From Planctomycetota bacterium (GTDB lineage: Bacteria; Planctomycetota; UBA1135; UBA2386): DNA of 64,000 nucleotides. The stretch spans positions 1-64,000 of the forward strand of contig CANMWZ010000011.1 in the NCBI GenBank assembly GCA_947501605.1, written 5' to 3'. This document shows, piece by piece, positions 39,645 through 48,302 of the stretch. Position 1 is the first letter of the stretch. Each line of letters starts with the position of its first letter. A program made the position numbers and the translations under genes. The notes beneath the pieces are model-generated. The model searched no databases and was not told the DNA's origin. It saw nothing but the letters and a program-made list of their open reading frames with translations.

Positions 39645-40514
39645 TTAGATGCCGCCGCCACCGCCCGCAGCACCACCGCCACCGCCACCGCCACCGCCCG
39701 CAGCGTTACCGCCGCCGCCCGCGCCACCCGCGCCGCCGCGGCCGCCGCGGCCGCCGCGCTGTGGCATTGCCTCGCGGATCTTGTCGAGTGCCTTCTGCGC
39801 GTCCTCCAGCTTGTCGGCCTCGAGTGCCGTCTTCAGTGCCGCGACGTTCTCCTCGATGGCCTTGGCGCCATCTGGGTTGCGCTCCTTCATCATCTCGACC
39901 ATGCCCGACATGCGTTCGAGGCCGCCCTTGAACTGCTCCAGTTCGTCGGCATTCATCTCGGTGAGCTTCTTGCTCCCGAACATGCTGCCGCGCTGACCGC
40001 GTCCACCGGCGCCGCCAGCGCCACCTTCACTACCGGCCTGTTCCATGCGGCGGATCTGCCGCTCGAGCCGTTCCACCGCGGCCTGGTCGCCGGATGCCTT
40101 GGCCTCTTCGAGTTGCTTCTTGGCCTCCGCGAGGCGTGCGGCCATGTCGCCGCCGCCTTCACCGCGCGTGCGACCCTCGCCTCGCCCTTCGCCCCGGGCT
40201 TCGCCTGCTGCCGTCGGCGCCGGTGCGGCCACCTTGCCCAGCACCTTCTCGTACTTCTTGGCGAAGGCGGTCGCGTCTTCCGTCTTGCCAGCGCGCGTCA
40301 GCAACTCGAATTGGAATTGTGCGGCGCGGCCGACCAAGGGGTGATCCGGTGCCTGCTGCAGGAACTTCTCGTAGAGGGTCATCGCCTCAGGAAAGTTGCG
40401 TTCGCCGTTCTGCAGCCAATAGGCCTTGTGGAACAGCGATTCGGCGGCGGCGGGATCCTGCGCGCAGAGCGGCAGGGCGAGAGCGAGCAGAGCAGCAGTG
40501 AAACGAGTCATCAT
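39645..40514 (-). CDS. Secreted helical/TPR-like protein with Gly/Arg-rich linkers and tail
   Basis: Signal peptide (AALLALALPLCAQD), AMTLYEKFLQQAPDHP TPR-like unit, coiled-coil segments, RGGRGGRGG...poly-Gly C-terminus. Confidence 0.8.
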   Translation of the reverse strand: MMTRFTAALLALALPLCAQDPAAAESLFHKAYWLQNGERNFPEAMTLYEKFLQQAPDHPLVGRAAQFQFELLTRAGKTEDATAFAKKYEKVLGKVAAPAPTAAGEARGEGRGEGRTRGEGGGDMAARLAEAKKQLEEAKASGDQAAVERLERQIRRMEQAGSEGGAGGAGGRGQRGSMFGSKKLTEMNADELEQFKGGLERMSGMVEMMKERNPDGAKAIEENVAALKTALEADKLEDAQKALDKIREAMPQRGGRGGRGGAGGAGGGGNAAGGGGGGGGGAAGGGGGI

Positions 40515-40753
40515 GAAGGTACTCCAGGTCGGGCAATCCGACGGCAATGCGTCGGAAGATAGGCCCACCGCAACGGCAGCTACAGCCACTACCCACGTAA
40601 AGGAAGTGTCACCTTCCCCTGGTCCGCGTCTTCTCGGGCATGCACCAGCCCAGTCAGACCAACTTCTCCCCGCCCGCGACTCCGCCCTGGATTCCTTGCC
40701 CCGCTCCGCGCCGATCGCCGCTTGGTGGCCGCCGAGGTCACGTCATTGTGACG

Positions 40754-40870
40754 ACTGGGGCAACTGGGCTAACTGGGCTACCTGGGCTACCTGGGCTACC
40801 TGGGCTACCTGGGCTACCTGGGCTACCTGGGCTAACTGGGCTAACTGGGCTAACTGGGCTAACTGGGGCC
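40754..40870. repeat. Intergenic 9-bp tandem array, 13 units of [A/C]CTGGGCTA
   Basis: ACTGGGGCA, ACTGGGCTA x2, CCTGGGCTA x6, ACTGGGCTA x3, ACTGGGGCC. Confidence 0.97.
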
Positions 40871-40967
40871 GCCCGAAGTGCCCCTTGCCCGCCGGGATCC
40901 CAAGGGCGCAATCGAATGCCGCCCGCCTGCGACGTGCCGACCGACCCACCGCCGGTCTGAGTCGCAA

Positions 40968-41001
40968 GCCAATCGCGACCGGCCAATCGCGACCGGCCAA
41001 T
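40968..41001. repeat. 14-bp direct repeat, about 2.4 copies
   Basis: GCCAATCGCGACCG GCCAATCGCGACCG GCCAAT. Confidence 0.85.
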
Positions 41002-41094
41002 GGCGCGAAGCCCGTCGCGGGCGGGCCGTCGCCATCGACCCGCTCGCGGCCTAGCTCGCGGGGCGCCGAACGACGCCTCGCAACCGCGGTTCTG

Positions 41095-42879
41095 TCAGTT
41101 GAAGATCAGCGTCGAGCTGATGCCCGAGCTGCTGTAGCCCGCCAGGTTCGCAGCCGTGTCCAACTCGACGATTTGCGAGTAGATGCGCTGGCCGGCAAAG
41201 GTGTTGGCTGGCACCAGCGTGGTGTAGCTGCCGAGCCCGTTGGCGGCCGCGAGCAGCCCAAACGTGAGCACGGTTGGACTGTCGATGATCGAGAGCCCGA
41301 GCAGCGGCGACGCGGTGCCGACGCTGCTGATGGCGAGCACCCACAGGTTGTTGCGTGTGCCACCGAACGACCATGTGAGGTTGTTGCCGCCGAGCACAGC
41401 ACCACCTACCGACAGCGCCACTGGCAAGGTGTCGATAACGACAAGCGATGCTTGATTGCTGGTGCCGGCAGAGTTGGTCGTCTGCAGGCTGACGTTGCCG
41501 ATCACCGTGCCGATCGGAGGGTTGAACTGCAGCGTCGTGTCGTTGGGCGTTGTGAACCCACTCAAGAGCGTGATCGCACCGACCTGTAGCTGCGTGGTAC
41601 CGAGGAAGCCCTGACCGGCGAGGGTGACCGTGCCCGGCTGGAACGACTTGACGGAAGCGGGAGTGACCGAGGTGATCTGCGGTTGCACCGGCTGCAGAGT
41701 CAGGCAACCGACCGAGTTGGTGAAGGCGATGATCTGGTTGCGTTCGTTCGGACTGAACGTGGTCTGCACGTTCTGACAACCGCCGACGCCCGAGCACATG
41801 ATGTAGCAGGGGGCCACGGCATCGCAGTGCTGGGCGCTGAAGTTGTGCCCGATCTCGTGCGCGGTTACGGCGACGCGGCGCGTGAAGTTGGTGGTCCAAC
41901 GTGATTGCGACACGCCGTAGGCAGCACCAAGATTGCAGATCGTGGACACGTAGGCGATACCGATCGCGCCGCCGCTTGCCTGCCCCATGTTGCGGCCAGT
42001 GAACAAGTGCGCGACATCGCGCGCCGTGCTGCCGTAGTTCGCGTTCCAATTCGATTGGAACTGACCGAGCAGAGTGCCGGCAACGCTCGAAGTGTAGGGG
42101 TTCGTCGTCGACGACGTGTTGACCAGGATGGTGGCCACCGTGAACGTCAACTGGACGTCCGCTTGGTAGATCGCATCCATGGCGTTGATCACGCCGGTGA
42201 TGTCATTCTGCGTCGCCGTGACGTTGCTGCCGTTCAGTTGGTAGTACTGAAAGTCTGCTTCACAGGCGAGCTGGGTGATGCGCAGCACGTCGAGCCCGAT
42301 CGGCTCGGGGACCGGAGCCGCCAAGCTCCCTTGCACGCCACAGACCCACGGCAGGTTCTGGTTGTCCGTCGTGCGATAGACGATGTGCAAGGCCGCTGGC
42401 GCCGTGGGCTGCACTTCGCGCACCGGCTGAACCGCCCACTCATCCCCGTTGCTGGCGTGAACGACTGCCTGAACAGCATCGCCGACGACGGTCGCCGCGA
42501 CCCAACTGTTCGGGTCTTCGAGCATCGTGCCCCGGTAGGTGACGCTGGCCGGGCGCGGCACTTCGCGCACGCCGTTCGCATCGAGCGCCAGCAGGCGGAA
42601 GTTCGGCGACCGCACGTCATGCGGCCTCAGCACGATGTGGCACACTTGCCCGGCGAACTCGACCTGCACGGCGATCTCGCCGTTCTGCACCCGAACCGGC
42701 TCGACGTGTTGCACAGTGGCGGCCGTCACCGCAAAGCCCTGGAGGAGGACAGGCGGCGCCGAGTAGGGTCGAGAAATCGCCTCCTGGCTCGCCGCCGGGA
42801 CCGCGAGGGCACCGAGCAACAGCGTGGCGACGAACGACGAAACGGCTCGGCAGCCGGGCGCGGGGAGAGTATGCGTCAT
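41095..42879 (-). CDS. Secreted M12B/reprolysin-like zinc metalloprotease with IPT/TIG-like and C-terminal beta-sandwich domains
   Basis: Signal peptide, pro-domain, RDVAHLFTG, HEIGHNFSAQH zinc motif, Met-turn CYIM and PQITSVTP. Confidence 0.92.
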   Translation of the reverse strand: MTHTLPAPGCRAVSSFVATLLLGALAVPAASQEAISRPYSAPPVLLQGFAVTAATVQHVEPVRVQNGEIAVQVEFAGQVCHIVLRPHDVRSPNFRLLALDANGVREVPRPASVTYRGTMLEDPNSWVAATVVGDAVQAVVHASNGDEWAVQPVREVQPTAPAALHIVYRTTDNQNLPWVCGVQGSLAAPVPEPIGLDVLRITQLACEADFQYYQLNGSNVTATQNDITGVINAMDAIYQADVQLTFTVATILVNTSSTTNPYTSSVAGTLLGQFQSNWNANYGSTARDVAHLFTGRNMGQASGGAIGIAYVSTICNLGAAYGVSQSRWTTNFTRRVAVTAHEIGHNFSAQHCDAVAPCYIMCSGVGGCQNVQTTFSPNERNQIIAFTNSVGCLTLQPVQPQITSVTPASVKSFQPGTVTLAGQGFLGTTQLQVGAITLLSGFTTPNDTTLQFNPPIGTVIGNVSLQTTNSAGTSNQASLVVIDTLPVALSVGGAVLGGNNLTWSFGGTRNNLWVLAISSVGTASPLLGLSIIDSPTVLTFGLLAAANGLGSYTTLVPANTFAGQRIYSQIVELDTAANLAGYSSSGISSTLIFN

Positions 42880-43005
42880 GGGAGTGCAGGGAGACGGGCG
42901 GGCCCCCTGATCCTAGCCTAGCCACTCCCAGAGCGCACAGGCCTCATCCGTGCCAGTGCGCCGATTGGGCACCGATTGGGCGCCGACATCCCGCTGGCAC
43001 GGCAA

Positions 43006-44097
43006 TCAACGCAGCGTTCGCGCGCGCTCGCGCAGACGATCGGCGACCATTTGGCCGAGTTCGCTGCAGCGGTGCTCACCGGCGCGAAGACTGCGAATCG
43101 TTCCGGCCTGGATCAACTCGGCAACGGTTGCCTCGACGTCCTGCGCGGCCCGAACCTCGCCGATGTGGTCGAGCAGCAGGGCCAGCGCAAGGACAGTCGC
43201 CAACGGGCTTGCCTTGTCGGTGCCCTTGTACTTCGGCGCGCTGCCGTGGATGCCCTCGAACATCGACACCCTGCCGGGGTGGATATTGCCCGATGCTGCG
43301 ATGCCCATGCCGCCGATCAGCATTGCGCCGAGGTCCGTGATGATGTCGCCAAACAGGTTGGTGGTGACCGAGACGTCGAACCACTCGGGATTCTTGATCA
43401 TCCACATGCACGCGGCATCGATGTAGGCGTGGTCCGTGGCAATACCTGGGTACTCCTTGCTGACCTCGGCAAAGGTCCGGGTCCACAGATCCTGCGCGCG
43501 CACGGCGTTGGCCTTGTCGATCAGCGTGACCTGCGGCTTGTCCTTACCTGGCTTCGGGCCGCGCTTCTTCGCCAACTCGAAGGCGTAGCGAATGATCCGC
43601 TCCGTGCAGCGCCGCGTGTAGACCATCTCCTGCAGCGCGATCTCGTGCTCCGTCCCCTTCTTGGTGAACCCGAAGATCCCGGCGTAGGCGTCCTCGGTGT
43701 TCTCGCGGCAGAAGACCATGTCGATGTCGGCAACCGTCTTGCCCTTCAGCGGACACAGCGACTCGTGGTAGAGCTTGACCGGCCGCAGGTTGACGTAGAG
43801 GTCGAGCTTGTGCCGCATGCCAGCGATGATCGCAAACTCGAGTTTGCCGACCTCGATCCGCGGATCGCCGATCGCACCGAACAGTACGGCGTGCATGCCG
43901 CGGATGCGATCGAACGCAGCATCCGGCATGGTCTCGCCAGTGGCGAGGAAGTGGTCAGCGCCGTAGGGCATCCGGTCGCGCTTCGTCTGGAAGCCATAGA
44001 TCTCCTGGCATGCATCGAGCACGCGGAGCGCAGCGGTGACGACTTCCTCGCCGATGCCATCACCTGGAAGAACGCCGATGTCGTAGACCTTGCTCAT
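43006..44097 (-). CDS. leuB: 3-isopropylmalate / beta-decarboxylating dehydrogenase
   Basis: LPGDGIGEEV, LYVNLRP, RENTE, DKAN, NLFGDIITDL and FEGIHGSAP; exact substrate not certain. Confidence 0.85.
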   Translation of the reverse strand: MSKVYDIGVLPGDGIGEEVVTAALRVLDACQEIYGFQTKRDRMPYGADHFLATGETMPDAAFDRIRGMHAVLFGAIGDPRIEVGKLEFAIIAGMRHKLDLYVNLRPVKLYHESLCPLKGKTVADIDMVFCRENTEDAYAGIFGFTKKGTEHEIALQEMVYTRRCTERIIRYAFELAKKRGPKPGKDKPQVTLIDKANAVRAQDLWTRTFAEVSKEYPGIATDHAYIDAACMWMIKNPEWFDVSVTTNLFGDIITDLGAMLIGGMGIAASGNIHPGRVSMFEGIHGSAPKYKGTDKASPLATVLALALLLDHIGEVRAAQDVEATVAELIQAGTIRSLRAGEHRCSELGQMVADRLRERARTLR

Positions 44098-44279
44098 CTC
44101 TGGATTCGAACTGGATTCGGGCGTCGGCGGCGGGCTTCGTCACCAACGAGGGCGAAGCAGTATGGCCGCGACCAAGGCGCAACGAAAGAGCGCATAGGCC
44201 CCCAAGACACGGCCAAGTCCCCATTCGCGCGTTTCCTACGAGCCACGCACCGAGTAGGACTAGACCGGAAACCATCGCC

Positions 44280-45398
44280 ATGGCCCGCACCCACGCCGTC
44301 GTTGTCCTCGCCACCATCGCCCTCGGGACCGGGTTGTGGTTCTGGGCTTCCCAACCAGAACCGGACGCGCCGCCGCTGCCGGAGGTGCAAGCGCCTGCGG
44401 CCACCGACCAGCCCCGCGCGATCGATGGCGCAACGGCTCGCAGTCGGGTCGAACCAACGGTGTCAGACGCGACCCCAGCACCAAGCCACGCCGCCGCCGA
44501 TGCGACACCCGCAAACGGCACTGCGCATAACGTGACGCTGCTGGTCTACGACCTCAACGACCACACGCCGCTCCCGGCGTTCACCTGGCAATTCGTCGGC
44601 AACGGCAGCGAGCCACAGCGCGGCAGCGGTGAAAACGGGCGCGCCGACCTCCGCTTCTCGCCGAGCACGAGCGGCCAGCTGCTGGTCGAATCACCGTTGA
44701 TGGAAGCCCACACGCGTCGTCTCGACGTGCCGTCAGCAGACATGCCGCCGCTGCAGGTCGATGTGTTCTTGCCGCGCCGTGCCGCCGCAACCGGCGTCAC
44801 CTTGGTGGCGCGCGATACCGACGGCGCCGCGGTGCCGCGCCTGCGCCTCGACTTGTGGCTGATGACAGAAGCGCAACCATTCCCAGCAGCCAACACGGAC
44901 CCGACCGAGGAGCCCTTGTGGAAGCGCATTGGCGAAGACGCCGAAGGCCTCTTCGTACTGCCGACCATCGTGGCAGGCCGATACGTCCTTCGGGCCCAGC
45001 CGATCGACGCGGATGGCTGGGCAAAGTCGTTGCAGCCAAAGCGCTTCCAGTTCGCCTTCGCTGGTCACGAAGCAGTGCCGCTCGATGCTCGCTTCGTCTA
45101 CGGCCACGTCCTGCGGATCGAAGCCAACGACGACGGCGGCCCGGTGGCGCAGTTCACCGTCAGCACGAACGCGGCCGGGGCTACGGCGAGCGGGATCTGG
45201 TGGCAGAGTCGAGATCGCGACGGCCGCACGGTCGTTGCTCGCGACACCGTGATGCTGCCTGGTCGCGTCGAGTCGTTGCTGGCGTTGCCACCCGCATACT
45301 ACGAGCTGCAACTGCGCGCGGGCGATCGCGTGCTGCCGACGGCCTACGGACCGATGACGTTTGGCGTGCTCATCTACCGCGTCGGCGATACGCGCTAG
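44280..45398 (+). CDS. Hypothetical membrane-anchored exported protein
   Basis: N-terminal TM, Pro/Ala linker, beta-rich body. Confidence 0.75.
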   Translation: MARTHAVVVLATIALGTGLWFWASQPEPDAPPLPEVQAPAATDQPRAIDGATARSRVEPTVSDATPAPSHAAADATPANGTAHNVTLLVYDLNDHTPLPAFTWQFVGNGSEPQRGSGENGRADLRFSPSTSGQLLVESPLMEAHTRRLDVPSADMPPLQVDVFLPRRAAATGVTLVARDTDGAAVPRLRLDLWLMTEAQPFPAANTDPTEEPLWKRIGEDAEGLFVLPTIVAGRYVLRAQPIDADGWAKSLQPKRFQFAFAGHEAVPLDARFVYGHVLRIEANDDGGPVAQFTVSTNAAGATASGIWWQSRDRDGRTVVARDTVMLPGRVESLLALPPAYYELQLRAGDRVLPTAYGPMTFGVLIYRVGDTR

Positions 45399-45401
45399 GG
45401 A

Positions 45402-46307
45402 TCAGTCTGCGACTGGCTGCCGCAGTCGTTCTTCGTGGGTCACGCCGAGACCTGCGGTGTAGCCAACCAGTAGCGCACCGCCGAGTGCGACCAATAGCTC
45501 GAACGGCGAGGCCAGCAGTTCCGTCGTGCGCGGCAACATCGCGACCCCGAGGTAGACGCCGACAGCCGAACCTGTGCACCACTTGCGCGTGTGCGGCAAC
45601 ACTTGCCAGAGCATCCCAGTGATGCAACCCGCCATGGCCATGCGCACGAAGCTCGAGAGCCCCTCACTGAGCATCAGCGGCAGCGCGGCGATGAAGAACA
45701 CGACGTAGGCGACCCAGAACCGCTCGAGCAATTGCTGGCTCTTCTGCGGGACCTCGTCCGAATCGACTCCAGGCAGTCCGGTGGCGAACTCGTTCTGCCA
45801 CGAGCGTTGCAATCGCACCTGCTCCACCACCGGCATGGCCAAGAACCAACCGCTCTGTTCACGCGGATCGCGGCCGGGGATCGGGCCGGCGCTGGGCAGC
45901 TCGACCGGGACCAGCAGCGCGGCGGCAACACGGGCCGCGGCTCGCGGCTTCGGTGCTGCGACCGGAGACGCCATGATGGACTCGAGCCCAGCTCGCGCCT
46001 CGGGGCGTTGAAGGGACCGGAGCAGGTTCGATTCCGCGCTCTTCCCCGGCGCCTGCGGCGCGCCCTCTCTTGCGGGCAGCAGCATCGACGACGGGGGCGA
46101 CGCATCGCGTTGGTCCAAGAGTCCCTTGTTGCCTAGCGCCGAGGGCGCCTTGGCACTGGCCCCTGGCCACGGACTCGCCACCACTGCACCCGGGCGCGCC
46201 GGCGCTCCCGACGTGGCCGCTGGCTTCGCCGCCGATGCCTCGCCCGGGTGCATTCCGGTCTCGTCCTCCGGAAGTGGATCCCAGTCACTTGCATCGCGGT
46301 TCGTCAC
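45402..46307 (-). CDS. Hypothetical membrane protein
   Basis: Disordered Pro/Ala N-terminus, about 4 C-terminal TM helices; AAGGAAG upstream of the GTG start. Confidence 0.7.
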   Translation of the reverse strand: MTNRDASDWDPLPEDETGMHPGEASAAKPAATSGAPARPGAVVASPWPGASAKAPSALGNKGLLDQRDASPPSSMLLPAREGAPQAPGKSAESNLLRSLQRPEARAGLESIMASPVAAPKPRAAARVAAALLVPVELPSAGPIPGRDPREQSGWFLAMPVVEQVRLQRSWQNEFATGLPGVDSDEVPQKSQQLLERFWVAYVVFFIAALPLMLSEGLSSFVRMAMAGCITGMLWQVLPHTRKWCTGSAVGVYLGVAMLPRTTELLASPFELLVALGGALLVGYTAGLGVTHEERLRQPVAD

Positions 46308-46424
46308 AGGCGCTTCCTTCGGATGCGACGCATGCCTGCTGTAGCAAGCGCTTCCCGTTCCGGGATTGCCGACGCCGAGATCGGCGCCCCATGCGCGTAC
46401 ACCAGCCTTTGCTATCGTGTTCCC

Positions 46425-46898
46425 ATGCAGTTCCTCCCCTCTTCAGCTGGGCCTCCGCACCGCCGTGACCGCGGCGGCGACCGGATCGCATTGGCGCGCC
46501 TGCTGCTGTTGTGCTGCTCGCTCGGAGTCGTTGCTACTGCATTCCCCTGGACCCACGTCGATGTCGTACGCCTGTTCGGCGAGTTCATGGGCCCCATCGC
46601 GGCGCGCACCAACGAGGGCTTCACCTGTGTGATGACGTGCCTGCTGACGGCGCTGCTCGTGCTCTCCGAAGGCCACTCGCAACAGTCGCGGGCGTCCGTG
46701 CGCAGCTCGTGCCCGTTCCTACTGGGGACCGCGGCGGTCGTGATGCTGTGGCGAATGGTCGAAGGCCCAGGGGAATGGCGCGGCGTCGAGGTCGTCCACT
46801 CGGTTTGGTTCTTCGTCGCCAGCGTGGCAGTGGTGCTGGGCGTGTTCGTCGCCCGCGCAAGGCTCGCGACTATGAGCCCACCCGCTGCCGCCCGGTGA
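46425..46898 (+). CDS. Hypothetical 4-TM membrane protein
   Basis: Four hydrophobic segments; TATCGT 6 nt upstream of ATG 46425. Confidence 0.7.
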   Translation: MQFLPSSAGPPHRRDRGGDRIALARLLLLCCSLGVVATAFPWTHVDVVRLFGEFMGPIAARTNEGFTCVMTCLLTALLVLSEGHSQQSRASVRSSCPFLLGTAAVVMLWRMVEGPGEWRGVEVVHSVWFFVASVAVVLGVFVARARLATMSPPAAAR

Positions 46899-48246
46899 GG
46901 TAGTAGACCACCGCACCGAGCAGCAGGCACAGGGCATCGATGGCGACCGCTTCCGGATTGTCCGCGATGTAGCCCGACACCAAGAACACGCCGAGCGCGA
47001 TCTGCAGCGCGACGACAACCGGTGCGAACGGCACCCGAAACGGCCGCGGTCGATCGGGAGCTCGACGGCGCTGGACCATCAAACCGAGGGCGACCAGAGC
47101 GACCGTGGCCGAGATGATGGGGATGGTGATCGAGATCAGGTAGTCAAAGCTGCCGGTCCACAAGAATGCGACGGCCATTACGAGCACCAGCAGCGTCGCC
47201 GCGGGTGGTGCCCCGGCGTCGTCGATGCGCCCCAACGACCGCAGTGCTAGGCCTTCTTCGGCGAGCACTCGCGCGATGCGCGGCCCGGTCAGAAAGTAGG
47301 CATTCGCGGCGCCGAGGAGGATGACCATGGCGACGCCGGTCAGGATCAGCTCCCCGGAGTCCCCGAAGGCAACCTTGGCCACGTCGAGCGCCGCAAACTT
47401 GGAATGCGCGAGCCCGTCCGTGCCGAGCACGTAGAGGAAAGCTGCGTTGGCGAACACATAGAGTCCGCTGATGGTGATCAGTGACGTGAAGAGCGCCCGA
47501 GGCAGTGCCTTGCCCGGGTTCTCGGTCTCCCCGGCCATGTAGACCGCGTCGGCATAGCCGTCGTAGCTGAACAGAACGTTCTTCATCGCCGCCCCGACCG
47601 CTGCGAACAGGAGCCAGGGTGAAGTCGGCATCGCCGCGATGCCCGCCCCCGCCAAGGGTGTATCCGGCCCCGTCAAGAGAGTTGCCGCCGCTGTCACCGG
47701 TGCAGCCAACACGGAGGCAAGGCAGACGAGTGTAAGCAGCAGCACCTTGGCGAGAAACAGCCCGACCTCGGTGCGAGCGCCGAGCTTCAAGCCACGCAGA
47801 TTGACCAGCGCGAGCAAAGTGATCATCGCGGTGCCGACGATTCGGCCTTGGCTACTGGCGGCGCCGCCTTGCAGCGACGATGCGCCGCTCACGGCCAGTT
47901 CGCCGAACACTACGGCGACGGCGGCGAGCGATGCAGGCCACGTGACGAGTAGCATCGACCAGCCACACAAAAACGCGGTGAGGCGGCCGAAGGAGAGATG
48001 CAGATAGGCGACGAGGCCGCCGACCCGCGGCACCGACGACGCCATCTCAGCCAGGATCAACGCATCCATGGTCGCGACCAGGGCACCGAGCAACCAGACG
48101 CCAAGGATCCAAGGTGCGCTCGGCAAGGCCGCCGCAACTTCACCGGGCGTGCGCAAGATGCCCGAGCCCACCGCCATGCCGACGCAGACAGCGACGCCGG
48201 CAAGCGGTCCGAGAATGCGGCGGAGATCACCGAGGCCGGAAGTCAC
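46870..48246 (-). CDS. APC family amino acid permease
   Basis: GMAVGSGILRTP, AEMASSVPRVGG, FSYDGY, AGETENPGKALPRA and RPRPFRVP. Confidence 0.92.
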   Translation of the reverse strand: MTSGLGDLRRILGPLAGVAVCVGMAVGSGILRTPGEVAAALPSAPWILGVWLLGALVATMDALILAEMASSVPRVGGLVAYLHLSFGRLTAFLCGWSMLLVTWPASLAAVAVVFGELAVSGASSLQGGAASSQGRIVGTAMITLLALVNLRGLKLGARTEVGLFLAKVLLLTLVCLASVLAAPVTAAATLLTGPDTPLAGAGIAAMPTSPWLLFAAVGAAMKNVLFSYDGYADAVYMAGETENPGKALPRALFTSLITISGLYVFANAAFLYVLGTDGLAHSKFAALDVAKVAFGDSGELILTGVAMVILLGAANAYFLTGPRIARVLAEEGLALRSLGRIDDAGAPPAATLLVLVMAVAFLWTGSFDYLISITIPIISATVALVALGLMVQRRRAPDRPRPFRVPFAPVVVALQIALGVFLVSGYIADNPEAVAIDALCLLLGAVVYYLTGRQRVGS

Positions 48247-48302
48247 AGGCGCACCCTATCGCGAAGCCACGGGGTAAGGCACCACGCAACAACCTTCCGG
48301 CC

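Noticed and set aside
40754..40870. CRISPR array
   Set aside because: Contiguous 9-bp units with no spacers and no cas genes; it is a simple VNTR.
40426..41589. Repeat-derived proteins (WAT)n, (GLP)n, (AQV)n and (SPG)n in several frames
   Set aside because: All arise from the same 9-bp array. The flanking translations are Arg/Pro-rich shadow sequence, and the longest ORF overlaps real minus-strand genes.
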